IMG/VR virus record: IMGVR_UViG_2974693523_000001
Coordinates: 1 to 38,802 of that record
Source of the DNA: a virus
Taxonomy: Duplodnaviria > Heunggongvirae > Uroviricota > Caudoviricetes > Ackermannviridae
Reading direction: 5' to 3' (one strand)
DNA length: 38,802 nt
The notes under the pieces are model-generated. The model made no database searches. It worked only from the letters and a program-made list of their open reading frames with translations, and was not told the DNA's origin. Of the stretch, positions 16,689 to 24,593 are shown one piece after another; positions within the stretch are counted from its first letter, which is position 1; every line of letters starts with the position of its first letter. Position numbers and translations under genes: made by a program.

Positions 16689-19043
16689 ATGAACTTTTTA
16701 GACACACTAAAACCTATTACACCAGATCCAACACCAGTTCCATTTTCAATTGGTGAGTTTACCCAATCACATAAACTAACCTTTTTATGTGGTCGTGCAA
16801 AAAATTTCCGTTCAATTGGTAACAATTTTATGGAAATTTCGTATGTTGATAACCGTTCTACTCTTGTTATTTCTGATGAAAATGGTGCGGGTAAATCAAC
16901 AACTACTGTTTGGCTTATCTATTACGCTGTTACAGGGCAGCCCTATTACAAAAAAGAGAAGGTGGGTTCACTAGTTAACAGTCAAACACGTAAAGACATG
17001 GTTGTTGAGCTTGAGTTCCTTAGTCGTGGTGTTCATTACAAAATTGTTCGTGGTCGCAAACCTGATATTTTTGAGTTACATGTTAAGGAAGGAGATCAGT
17101 TTGTCAAATACCAAAACGATGCAGCAAACTTTGATCTTCAAAACTATATTTGGACTATTCTTGGTTTAGAACCAAAGAGTGGTGCAAAAATGTTAGAAAA
17201 CGCTTGTATTATGGGTCTGGAGCGTTTTCAGCCTTTCCTTACAATGTCAAGTGAAGATCGTCGCTTAATGGTTGAATCTGTATGGGATTTAGGTATTTTC
17301 CGTCATCTAACAGAAGAAGCAAAAACCAGTAGAGCAATCACAAAAAATAAGCTAACTGAAATTTCAACTGAAATTGGTCAAATGGAAGTTGAGCTTCGTA
17401 TGTGTCAAAATAATCTTAATCACATTGACGAAGCAATTGAAAAACGTGATCTATCATGGCGTGATGAAGTTCTACGTCATAAAGCAAGTGTAAACGCTTT
17501 AGAAGACAAGATTGCGGAACATAACAGATCAATTGAAATGTTGATGTTAGAGAGCAATCCAGAAGCAAACGAAAAATATAAGCGCATCCAAAAACAAATT
17601 GATGATCTCAATGATGAATTAAATCTGATTAACGATCGCTTTAGTAAAGCATTGGATGAAGAAATTCAGTTATTGGATGAAAAACGTAAAAATTTGGAAT
17701 CACAAGTAAAATCAGCTAAAATGGATTTTGACAATGTTAGTTTAATGGTAGATGATAAAGAAAATGAGTTGTATTCATCTCGCGAAACTGAAACTCTTAT
17801 CACTAATCGTTTAACTGAAGTTCAATCAAAACTCGAAGAAGTTAAGGAAAAACTTAATAAAACTAAGTCATTCCAACCTAAGATTGAGTTTGAATTACAA
17901 AATGCTAAAGAGCGTCTTGTTAAATTCCAAACACTTGGTGAATGTCCTACTTGTGAGCAATGTATTAGCGCTGACAAAATGCAGGCTGTTGAAGCAGAAA
18001 CACTACCCAAGATTCAGCTATCAACAGAGCACAAGGAAAGGCTTGATGCAGCTATAGCAAAACAGCAAGAGGAAGTTCAAGCTGTCCTAGTAGCTGTAGA
18101 AGCCGTTAGAACCGAGCTTACCCAAGCACAGGCTAAAACGCGCACACTGTTAAATGAACTAAACAATCTACAAGCCGAAAAAAGCCGCAAATCAGCAACA
18201 TTACAGCGGGCTGAAGCCGATTTAGAGCATTGTCCTAAGGACAACGAACAAATAAAAAAACAAAACAAACTATCCCAAGACAACGAAGCTAACTCGATTA
18301 AGTTAAGTATTCAAAAACTTGAGCGTGAGCGCGATCTAGCATTGGAAAATGCACCTAAACAAATTGAGACAATTAAGGCCTCAATTCAAGCGGCCGAAGC
18401 CAGTATTATAGCTATCAATGAAAGCCACCAAGCAAACATCAAACGTCGTGAAGATGAAGTAAATCAATTAGCTGCGGATAAAAATAACATGTTTATGAAT
18501 GTTGGTGCAGCAGAAGCAGAGTTGGAGAGATTAAACGAAACCTATAATAATGTTGATAAAGATCTAAATGAATATGACTTTATCATCGATATGCTAGGTG
18601 AAAAAGAGGGTAAGGCTGACGTTGTGCGTATGTATCTACCTTTCTTAAACGCGAAAATTAATGAATATCTAAGCGGCATGAACATTAATCTTGCTCTTGA
18701 GTTGGATGAAACATTTGAACCGAGTATGAAAACACATGATCGTAATGGACAAACTTTGTTTAGTTTGTCTAGTGGTCAAAGAGCGCGTGTTGACCTAGCG
18801 ATTGTGTTTGCTCTACGCGATGTGGCTAACTTGAAAGCTTCATTCCAATGTAACATACTAATCATGGATGAGATACTAGAATCACTGTCTGGAATAGGTG
18901 TTACAGAAGCCGTAGCTATGATCAAAAACAAGTTCCACCAAAACAATCTTTTCATTATCACACAACGTAATGAGGAGTTCGTTGAGTTCTTTGATCACCA
19001 AGTTAAGTACAGTCTACGTGATGGGTTTACCACCGTTCTATAA
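16689..19043 (+). CDS. gp46: Recombination ATPase gp46 (Rad50/SbcC-like)
   Basis: Walker A ENGAGKS, long coiled coil with zinc hook CPTC, signature LSSGQ and Walker B IMDE. Confidence 0.95.
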   Translation: MNFLDTLKPITPDPTPVPFSIGEFTQSHKLTFLCGRAKNFRSIGNNFMEISYVDNRSTLVISDENGAGKSTTTVWLIYYAVTGQPYYKKEKVGSLVNSQTRKDMVVELEFLSRGVHYKIVRGRKPDIFELHVKEGDQFVKYQNDAANFDLQNYIWTILGLEPKSGAKMLENACIMGLERFQPFLTMSSEDRRLMVESVWDLGIFRHLTEEAKTSRAITKNKLTEISTEIGQMEVELRMCQNNLNHIDEAIEKRDLSWRDEVLRHKASVNALEDKIAEHNRSIEMLMLESNPEANEKYKRIQKQIDDLNDELNLINDRFSKALDEEIQLLDEKRKNLESQVKSAKMDFDNVSLMVDDKENELYSSRETETLITNRLTEVQSKLEEVKEKLNKTKSFQPKIEFELQNAKERLVKFQTLGECPTCEQCISADKMQAVEAETLPKIQLSTEHKERLDAAIAKQQEEVQAVLVAVEAVRTELTQAQAKTRTLLNELNNLQAEKSRKSATLQRAEADLEHCPKDNEQIKKQNKLSQDNEANSIKLSIQKLERERDLALENAPKQIETIKASIQAAEASIIAINESHQANIKRREDEVNQLAADKNNMFMNVGAAEAELERLNETYNNVDKDLNEYDFIIDMLGEKEGKADVVRMYLPFLNAKINEYLSGMNINLALELDETFEPSMKTHDRNGQTLFSLSSGQRARVDLAIVFALRDVANLKASFQCNILIMDEILESLSGIGVTEAVAMIKNKFHQNNLFIITQRNEEFVEFFDHQVKYSLRDGFTTVL

Positions 19044-19143
19044 AATATTTCAAAATATTTTTCAAAAAGGGGCTTGTCACAGCCCCTTTTTCAATTTACT
19101 ATTACTTCATAAACACGGCAAACACTAAAGGAAAGCCAAAATG
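19041..19143 (+). repeat. Promoter/stem-loop regulatory cassette, copy A (PeSL-like)
   Basis: AT-rich UP-like tract, hairpin AAAAAGGGGCT-TGTCAC-AGCCCCTTTTT, -35 TTGTCA (19074-19079), 17 bp spacer, -10 TACTAT (19097-19102) and leader GGCAAACACTAAAGGAAAGCCAAAATG. Near-identical to 34928-35028 on the minus strand. Confidence 0.85.
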
Positions 19144-19374
19144 AAAAAACCAGCTCACAAAATCATCAAATGCAATACTCGTGGAACTCTGTTTGTTGTT
19201 AAACCTGAACACGTTCAATTCCATATTGGATCAACTGTTGTTGGTGAAGTTGCTTCTGTTTCAAAAACAAAAACAGTTAGTAATTTTAGTGGAATTCAAT
19301 GTAAACTGGTTACTGATACAAACGGTACAGTTTATGAAATGTTTTCTGACAAATCACTTCGTAAGGTAGATTAA
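19141..19374 (+). CDS. Hypothetical early protein
   Basis: 77 aa ORF with a strong RBS (AAGGA) directly under cassette A. Confidence 0.7.
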   Translation: MKKPAHKIIKCNTRGTLFVVKPEHVQFHIGSTVVGEVASVSKTKTVSNFSGIQCKLVTDTNGTVYEMFSDKSLRKVD

Positions 19375-19376
19375 AA

Positions 19377-19619
19377 ATGATTGATTTTGAAAAATACTTG
19401 GAGCAACTGCGTGAATACCCACAAGTTGATAATCTGTTTGAAGACGAGGTTAACCAAATGTGGGTTGCTGAACTAACAACTGGTGAAGAAATGCAGTTTC
19501 AGTACATGTGGAACGGCAAGATTAAGGTCACTGCCATAGTGTTAGATAAAGTTGATGCGTGGTTTAGTGAAGGTAATTGGTTGCAAGATATTACCAAAGC
19601 AACTGAATTAGGTCAATAA
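19377..19619 (+). CDS. Hypothetical protein (acidic)
   Basis: 80 aa ORF, translationally adjacent to the previous gene and followed by a terminator. Confidence 0.7.
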   Translation: MIDFEKYLEQLREYPQVDNLFEDEVNQMWVAELTTGEEMQFQYMWNGKIKVTAIVLDKVDAWFSEGNWLQDITKATELGQ

Positions 19620-19620
19620 C

Positions 19621-19645
19621 AAAGGGGGTTTATTCCCCTTTTTTT
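19621..19645 (+). terminator. Rho-independent terminator
   Basis: AAAGGGGG-tttatt-CCCCTTTTTTT. Confidence 0.65.
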
Positions 19646-19657
19646 GAGGTTAAAATT

Positions 19658-19837
19658 ATGTCAATTTTAGAATATTTTCAAATGTTTTGGTTAGTCCCAT
19701 TTGTGGTTTTTGTTACGCCTATTATCATTAAACCATTCACTGATACAAACTTTGTTGATATGATCAAAGTTTCTTCTTTATTTGCTGGTGTTCTCGTTGT
19801 TTTATCACACCTGAGTGTTATTACTCTAATAATGTAA
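19658..19837 (+). CDS. Small membrane protein (59 aa, two hydrophobic segments); not in the supplied ORF track
   Basis: GAGGT RBS, then ATG 19658 to TAA 19835-19837. Translation MSILEYFQMFWLVPFVVFVTPIIIKPFTDTNFVDMIKVSSLFAGVLVVLSHLSVITLIM. Confidence 0.65.
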   Translation: MSILEYFQMFWLVPFVVFVTPIIIKPFTDTNFVDMIKVSSLFAGVLVVLSHLSVITLIM

Positions 19838-19840
19838 TTA

Positions 19841-19847
19841 CTAAATA
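19841..19847 (+). promoter_or_regulatory. Late promoter CTAAATA
   Basis: 29 nt upstream of the 831 aa gene. The same motif lies 25-34 nt upstream of several structural genes. Confidence 0.65.
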
Positions 19848-19876
19848 ACTCAAATAACATAATTGAGGATTCCAAA

Positions 19877-22372
19877 ATGGGACTATTCAAAAATTTAGTA
19901 ACTGAAAATGAACAATTTAACGAAGCTTTCAACCAACCACCTTATGAATACACCTTTGGTAAGAAAAACGCCACTGAGGTGTTTTTTACTTTCCAAGAAG
20001 AAGGTGAAGATAAAGAATACCGCATCATGTTTGCTGCTTCTGCAGGTATGGGTAAAAACGTTCGTCGTATTCTTATTGGTGAGCGCGTAGGCACTAGCAA
20101 CACAACACGCAATGTAATCAAAAAATTTAAAAATCCACTGCGCGTTATTGCTACTTTGACCGCAGCGGTTGAAGAGTTTTTGATCACCCCTATGGGTATG
20201 AAAATTGAAGGTTTTGCTATCTTTATTCCTGCTATTGCAGGTAATCGTTTAGATGAGTTTATGAAACTTCTATTTAAACGAAATGCAAAACTTCGTTCTA
20301 AGTTAGCTCTAGTGGACACAAAATTGAAGCTTGATGAAAAAGGTTTTTATTTGTGGACTGTGCGCAAGGGTAAAAATCCAGCTGAAGTATTTAATGGTGA
20401 ATTGGTTTCTGGTATGTTCCCAGATCAAGTTCTTGGTGATGAAGAATCTACTTCTACTCCTACCCAACAAACCAATGACAATACATATCTATCACCTGAT
20501 GAAGTTGTTGAAAAACTATATGCTAATCTAAAGGGTGATGGGTATGAAATAGATATTCAAAGAAGTATAATGGGTAAAGAATCTGTTTATGTTAAAACAG
20601 ATGATATACGCTCAGTAATTACTGTGAAAGCTACCAAAGAAAAAGTTTATATGGTAGTGCCTGTATTAAATGATAAATTTGAATCTTCTTGGTCAATGAT
20701 CAATGCAAACTTAACACTTCTTATAGGTAGAATAAGAAAAGTTGAGTTGGTTAATATGCAGTCAGAAGAACCTACTCCTAACCCTGAACAAATTTATAAT
20801 CAAAACAGAAATAAATTGGTTGATTGGCAAATTAAGAACGCATTTTATACCGCTTTAAGTAGTTCTTTCAGTCTTGAGAAAGATGACATTATAACGTCTG
20901 CGTTTAACGATGAAGACATGGATGTGATGGGTTTTAGATTCACTAAGAATGGAATGTCTTTCCATTTTGTTGTTGATGAAAGAGATCCAAATGGTACCAG
21001 TTTTAAGGTTTTGAAACGTGGTGCTGTATTGATACAACACCCCGTGAACATAATTGGTATGTCAGAAAAAGACCTCGCGTCTGTTCTTGAAACCCATATC
21101 TTGGATTACCTATCAAAAGGTATTGATAATCAAAAAACTGATTATCAAAGATGTTTGGATGCTGTAGGACAATTAGAATTTGTAACTGGTATTCAATCTG
21201 AAAAAACTGGAAATAATAAGAAAACAGTCTTCAATACAACTGATCCTGATTTAAAAATTGTTGTAAACGACCCAATGATGAGACTTACTTCTATTTTTGT
21301 TTTCAACCCATCAACGGGTGAAGTATTGTTTGAGCGTAAAAATACTGCAGAACAACCTGTATCAAAAATTATTGATGCGCTGTCTACTAAATGGAAAAAC
21401 TTACTAAAGACTAAAAATCAAGTTAGACCTGATTATCAAAAATTTACAACCAGAATGGCAGAACACCGTCTTGTTTTGAGAAACGTTAAGTCTTACGAAG
21501 TAGATGGTTTGAGTACTCTTTACACAGTTGAAGATGATATTGCTGTTGATGTTGATTATAGTGATTTAGAAAATACAAAGATCAAAGTCTATAGTAGATC
21601 TAAAGGGACTGTTTTATATCAAGCTGAAAATGCTGATGATACTACTGCAAACACAATCAAAAAGAATTGGAAAAATATTGTAAATGCAGAACAACAAAAT
21701 TCTACTTTTGATCGAAACCAAACAAATGTTATTGAATATAACTTTGATGGTAATATTGAAACCTTTCAAAAACTTCTAAATGAATTAGTTGCTAACGGAA
21801 GTACGGTAGAAGGTGCCTTGGGTGTTGCAACCATGAAAGGTTGGGACTTTAGAACCCTGACCAACATAATTTATGAACGTATCTTGGGAGTTGCAGGTGT
21901 TACCGTTCTTGACAGAAATAATACTGTATTCCATAGTGGTAACACTATCCATATTGAGTTAAGTCTTAACAATTATTTCAAAGTTGATCTTGAGGCACAT
22001 AAAGTAGAATATTCAGGTATGTTCCAAGATAGCTTGAAATTAAATAAGGATAATAATATTCTTGAAATTTCTGACGCTCTCAATGAGTACATGACTAGAC
22101 TGGCTAATGATATTAGTTTATCTGAAAGTGAGTCTAACAGAATTCTCCCTGATGGTTATCAAGAAAATGTGTTCCGCTTCAAAGTTAAATTCCGTAGTGG
22201 CTCACCTGCTCGTCTCTATGTTCATCCGATCTCAGAAGAAGCTAAAGAAATCTTTGGTGTGGATGAATACAAGACTCTTTGGTTTGAAAGTGATGAAGTG
22301 GGGACTTATGCTGTAGACCGTTTAAATGAATACAGAGAGATTTCAGGATTAGACGATGAAGTAAAAAAGTAG
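19877..22372 (+). CDS. Large putative internal head (ejected) protein with an Alt-like N-terminal domain
   Basis: 831 aa with a late promoter. The N-terminus (..LVTENEQFNEAF) resembles prohead-protease-cleaved leaders. KFKNPLRVIATL / MKIEGFAIFI / KGFYLWTVRKG resembles the N-terminal domain of T4 Alt-like proteins by eye only. Confidence 0.55.
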   Translation: MGLFKNLVTENEQFNEAFNQPPYEYTFGKKNATEVFFTFQEEGEDKEYRIMFAASAGMGKNVRRILIGERVGTSNTTRNVIKKFKNPLRVIATLTAAVEEFLITPMGMKIEGFAIFIPAIAGNRLDEFMKLLFKRNAKLRSKLALVDTKLKLDEKGFYLWTVRKGKNPAEVFNGELVSGMFPDQVLGDEESTSTPTQQTNDNTYLSPDEVVEKLYANLKGDGYEIDIQRSIMGKESVYVKTDDIRSVITVKATKEKVYMVVPVLNDKFESSWSMINANLTLLIGRIRKVELVNMQSEEPTPNPEQIYNQNRNKLVDWQIKNAFYTALSSSFSLEKDDIITSAFNDEDMDVMGFRFTKNGMSFHFVVDERDPNGTSFKVLKRGAVLIQHPVNIIGMSEKDLASVLETHILDYLSKGIDNQKTDYQRCLDAVGQLEFVTGIQSEKTGNNKKTVFNTTDPDLKIVVNDPMMRLTSIFVFNPSTGEVLFERKNTAEQPVSKIIDALSTKWKNLLKTKNQVRPDYQKFTTRMAEHRLVLRNVKSYEVDGLSTLYTVEDDIAVDVDYSDLENTKIKVYSRSKGTVLYQAENADDTTANTIKKNWKNIVNAEQQNSTFDRNQTNVIEYNFDGNIETFQKLLNELVANGSTVEGALGVATMKGWDFRTLTNIIYERILGVAGVTVLDRNNTVFHSGNTIHIELSLNNYFKVDLEAHKVEYSGMFQDSLKLNKDNNILEISDALNEYMTRLANDISLSESESNRILPDGYQENVFRFKVKFRSGSPARLYVHPISEEAKEIFGVDEYKTLWFESDEVGTYAVDRLNEYREISGLDDEVKK

Positions 22373-22383
22373 GTAAGAGTGCC

Positions 22384-22866
22384 TTGGACCTTCTTCTGCC
22401 TTGGGATGCAAATCCCAAGGTTGGATGGTGGGAAGATCTTGATCCAATTATCTTTTACCATGGTACTCACGAAAACAATCTTCAATCAGTTCTTGACAAT
22501 GGTCTTACACGAAAGGATCCTGATACTGGGATGATTTCACTTGCTTTGGAACCTTATACTGCGAACGCTTACGCGGCAATGAGTGGTAGTGGTGGTGAGC
22601 ATAAATTTAGACAAATTGGTGCAAGTGCAACAACCACAAAAGTTGATGAGCGTGTTGTTATCAAGTTTACCATACCTAATGAATGGGTTAAAAAACATAT
22701 GGAACCAAAATTGGGTGGAAATATAGGTGACGCATACAAACGGATGCGCAGTAAAGACCTATATGAACAGTATGAAGGCTCGGATCAACAATACTATCAG
22801 TTTGCTGAGATCCGTGTAGATGCTGTTGTACCACCAAATTTTATTGTCGGTTATATGAAAAAATAG
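22384..22866 (+). CDS. ADP-ribosyltransferase-fold protein (H-Y-E / PARP-Tpt1-like)
   Basis: FYHGT...VLDNGL, ISLA...ANAYA and AEIRV...VPP..I. The only start is a TTG, and the frame is open from 22360, so it may be the frameshifted C-terminus of the upstream gene. Confidence 0.7.
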   Translation: MDLLLPWDANPKVGWWEDLDPIIFYHGTHENNLQSVLDNGLTRKDPDTGMISLALEPYTANAYAAMSGSGGEHKFRQIGASATTTKVDERVVIKFTIPNEWVKKHMEPKLGGNIGDAYKRMRSKDLYEQYEGSDQQYYQFAEIRVDAVVPPNFIVGYMKK

Positions 22867-22875
22867 GTGATAAAA

Positions 22876-23544
22876 ATGTTCAATGTAAAACAATGTTTAG
22901 AAGAAATGCGCTTGAGTATGGTAGGGCTAGAAGGATTTACTGTTCCTAATGTGGTTCCTAACTCAGGCATTGTATTCAACTACTACTGTGAAAACCCATG
23001 CGTTTTTGAAGTGTATGTCGGTGAAGACGGTGGTTATACAATAACTGTTGAGGGGCATCACAAACATTATGGATCTTGGCGTGATTATGTTGATTTTGAA
23101 GATGATTTTTATGACTTCGAAGAATTCTTTGATCATATTGCGCTTCACTATGAACAGTGGTTGTTGGAAGGCAGAATCTCTGATGATTGGGATCCAAGTC
23201 TGATTGAAGCTGAAAGAAGTTTTAGTGGTGTTCAGAGAACTGACGGTGAAGGTGTAGGTCAAGTTGGTGAAGGTGTTGAACCATTTAACACTAAAAATGC
23301 ATTAAATAAGGTGTTGGTTGCAGCAAAATTCCCAAAACGTAAGATACAGCAAACATCCGGTGGTACTGCAATCCACGTTGATTTTGAAGGTGATCATAAT
23401 AAATACTGGATAGAATACACTAAACAATCCAACGGTTCTTGGATATTTAAATTTGGTGGTAATGGCAATAATTTTAAGAAAGACGTTAATGACTACAATG
23501 AGTTGCTAGCCGCAGCCAAGGAAGCCAAAAAACTTCTAAAATAA
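22876..23544 (+). CDS. Hypothetical protein, possibly an internal head protein
   Basis: 222 aa from ATG 22876 (AGGT RBS). It has several L/I-x-E motifs (CLEE, LLEG, LIEA) of the type cut by T4-like prohead proteases and lies in the same late transcript. Confidence 0.6.
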   Translation: MFNVKQCLEEMRLSMVGLEGFTVPNVVPNSGIVFNYYCENPCVFEVYVGEDGGYTITVEGHHKHYGSWRDYVDFEDDFYDFEEFFDHIALHYEQWLLEGRISDDWDPSLIEAERSFSGVQRTDGEGVGQVGEGVEPFNTKNALNKVLVAAKFPKRKIQQTSGGTAIHVDFEGDHNKYWIEYTKQSNGSWIFKFGGNGNNFKKDVNDYNELLAAAKEAKKLLK

Positions 23545-23557
23545 TTGATAATAAGAG

Positions 23558-23580
23558 AAGCCCCATCAAGGGGCTTTTTT
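23558..23580 (+). terminator. Rho-independent terminator
   Basis: AAGCCCC-atcaa-GGGGCTTTTTT. Confidence 0.75.
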
Positions 23581-23616
23581 CTTTAACAATATTCAAATTA
23601 TAATAACCCTTATTTC

Positions 23617-24114
23617 ATGGGATGTTTTATGGAAGTTGAAGAAACTATTGTCGTATTGGATACACATTGTTTAACTGATAGAGAGTTAGCTATCCTATTG
23701 ACCGCTACACACAAAACTATACCCGAAGCCCAAACGCTTCTTAAACAGAGTTTAGGGTTTGTTTCTGTTAATATGATGGGTAAGGGCTTTGCGCCATTAA
23801 TTAACGCTTCTGTCGCTGGTGTGCAGTTTCTAGACGATGGTTCTCTTAGGTTAACCCATATGCGTGAGCCTAGCTCAATCAAAGATCCTGAGATATTACT
23901 CAATGTTATTGACAAACTAACTTTATCAATAGATTTTGAGGTTTGGGTCGAGATGATTGTTTATTTGGGTCTTCGTGATACAATGAAGGCTGCTTTAGAT
24001 GGTTTAGGTCACTTACTAGCACTAGCAGCAAAAACCGATAAAACTGATGTGGTTATTGGTAGGAAATTACGTGACCCTGAACATGATGAATACCCACTAG
24101 AGAATTTACTATGA
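23617..24114 (+). CDS. Hypothetical protein
   Basis: 165 aa ORF (start 23617 or 23626) overlapping the next gene by ATGA. No family recognised. Confidence 0.65.
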   Translation: MGCFMEVEETIVVLDTHCLTDRELAILLTATHKTIPEAQTLLKQSLGFVSVNMMGKGFAPLINASVAGVQFLDDGSLRLTHMREPSSIKDPEILLNVIDKLTLSIDFEVWVEMIVYLGLRDTMKAALDGLGHLLALAAKTDKTDVVIGRKLRDPEHDEYPLENLL

Positions 24115-24521
24115 AAAGAGTATTATTACACAAAACAACAAAATATGTTGTCAAAGATCAAATCAAATCTGATAATGCAACTTGCTTCATTGGTATAGGT
24201 TCACCAAAATCATCAACCCATGCTTATTCTCTAGCTTGGGGTGATCGCGCAAACATGCTTAAATACACTAGTGATGATATTGCGTTTGTTTCTGCCGAGG
24301 GTCAGCGTACAGGTCGTGTATCACCTAAAGCTATAGTTAATATGCTCGAAGCATTAAGACGCGCAGGTGGTACGGCTCTTACAGACAATAGAGAGCATAC
24401 CAATAGACCATACAACATTGGTGAAAGAGAAGTTCAGGATATTTTACGTGGTTTGGGGTTTGTCGCGGTAGAAGAAACTGAACACTTTCTAGTTTGGAAA
24501 CCAATAAACCTTATTTCCTAA
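24111..24521 (+). CDS. Hypothetical protein
   Basis: 136 aa with motifs FVSAEG.R.GR and RPYNIGEREV. Function not recognised. Confidence 0.65.
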   Translation: MKRVLLHKTTKYVVKDQIKSDNATCFIGIGSPKSSTHAYSLAWGDRANMLKYTSDDIAFVSAEGQRTGRVSPKAIVNMLEALRRAGGTALTDNREHTNRPYNIGEREVQDILRGLGFVAVEETEHFLVWKPINLIS

Positions 24522-24593
24522 CACACAACATATAGTATGATTTGCTCTGGAGACACACTAATTATCAACCCAAGTGTGGAGGAGTCAATCATC

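Noticed and set aside
16689-19043. gp46 is longer than T4 gp46
   Set aside because: The extra length is ordinary coiled coil around a central zinc hook, which varies among Rad50/SbcC proteins.
19678-19932. 84 aa minus-strand ORF in the track
   Set aside because: It is the antisense shadow of a plus-strand 59 aa ORF with a good RBS and of the start of the 831 aa gene; it has no RBS or promoter support.
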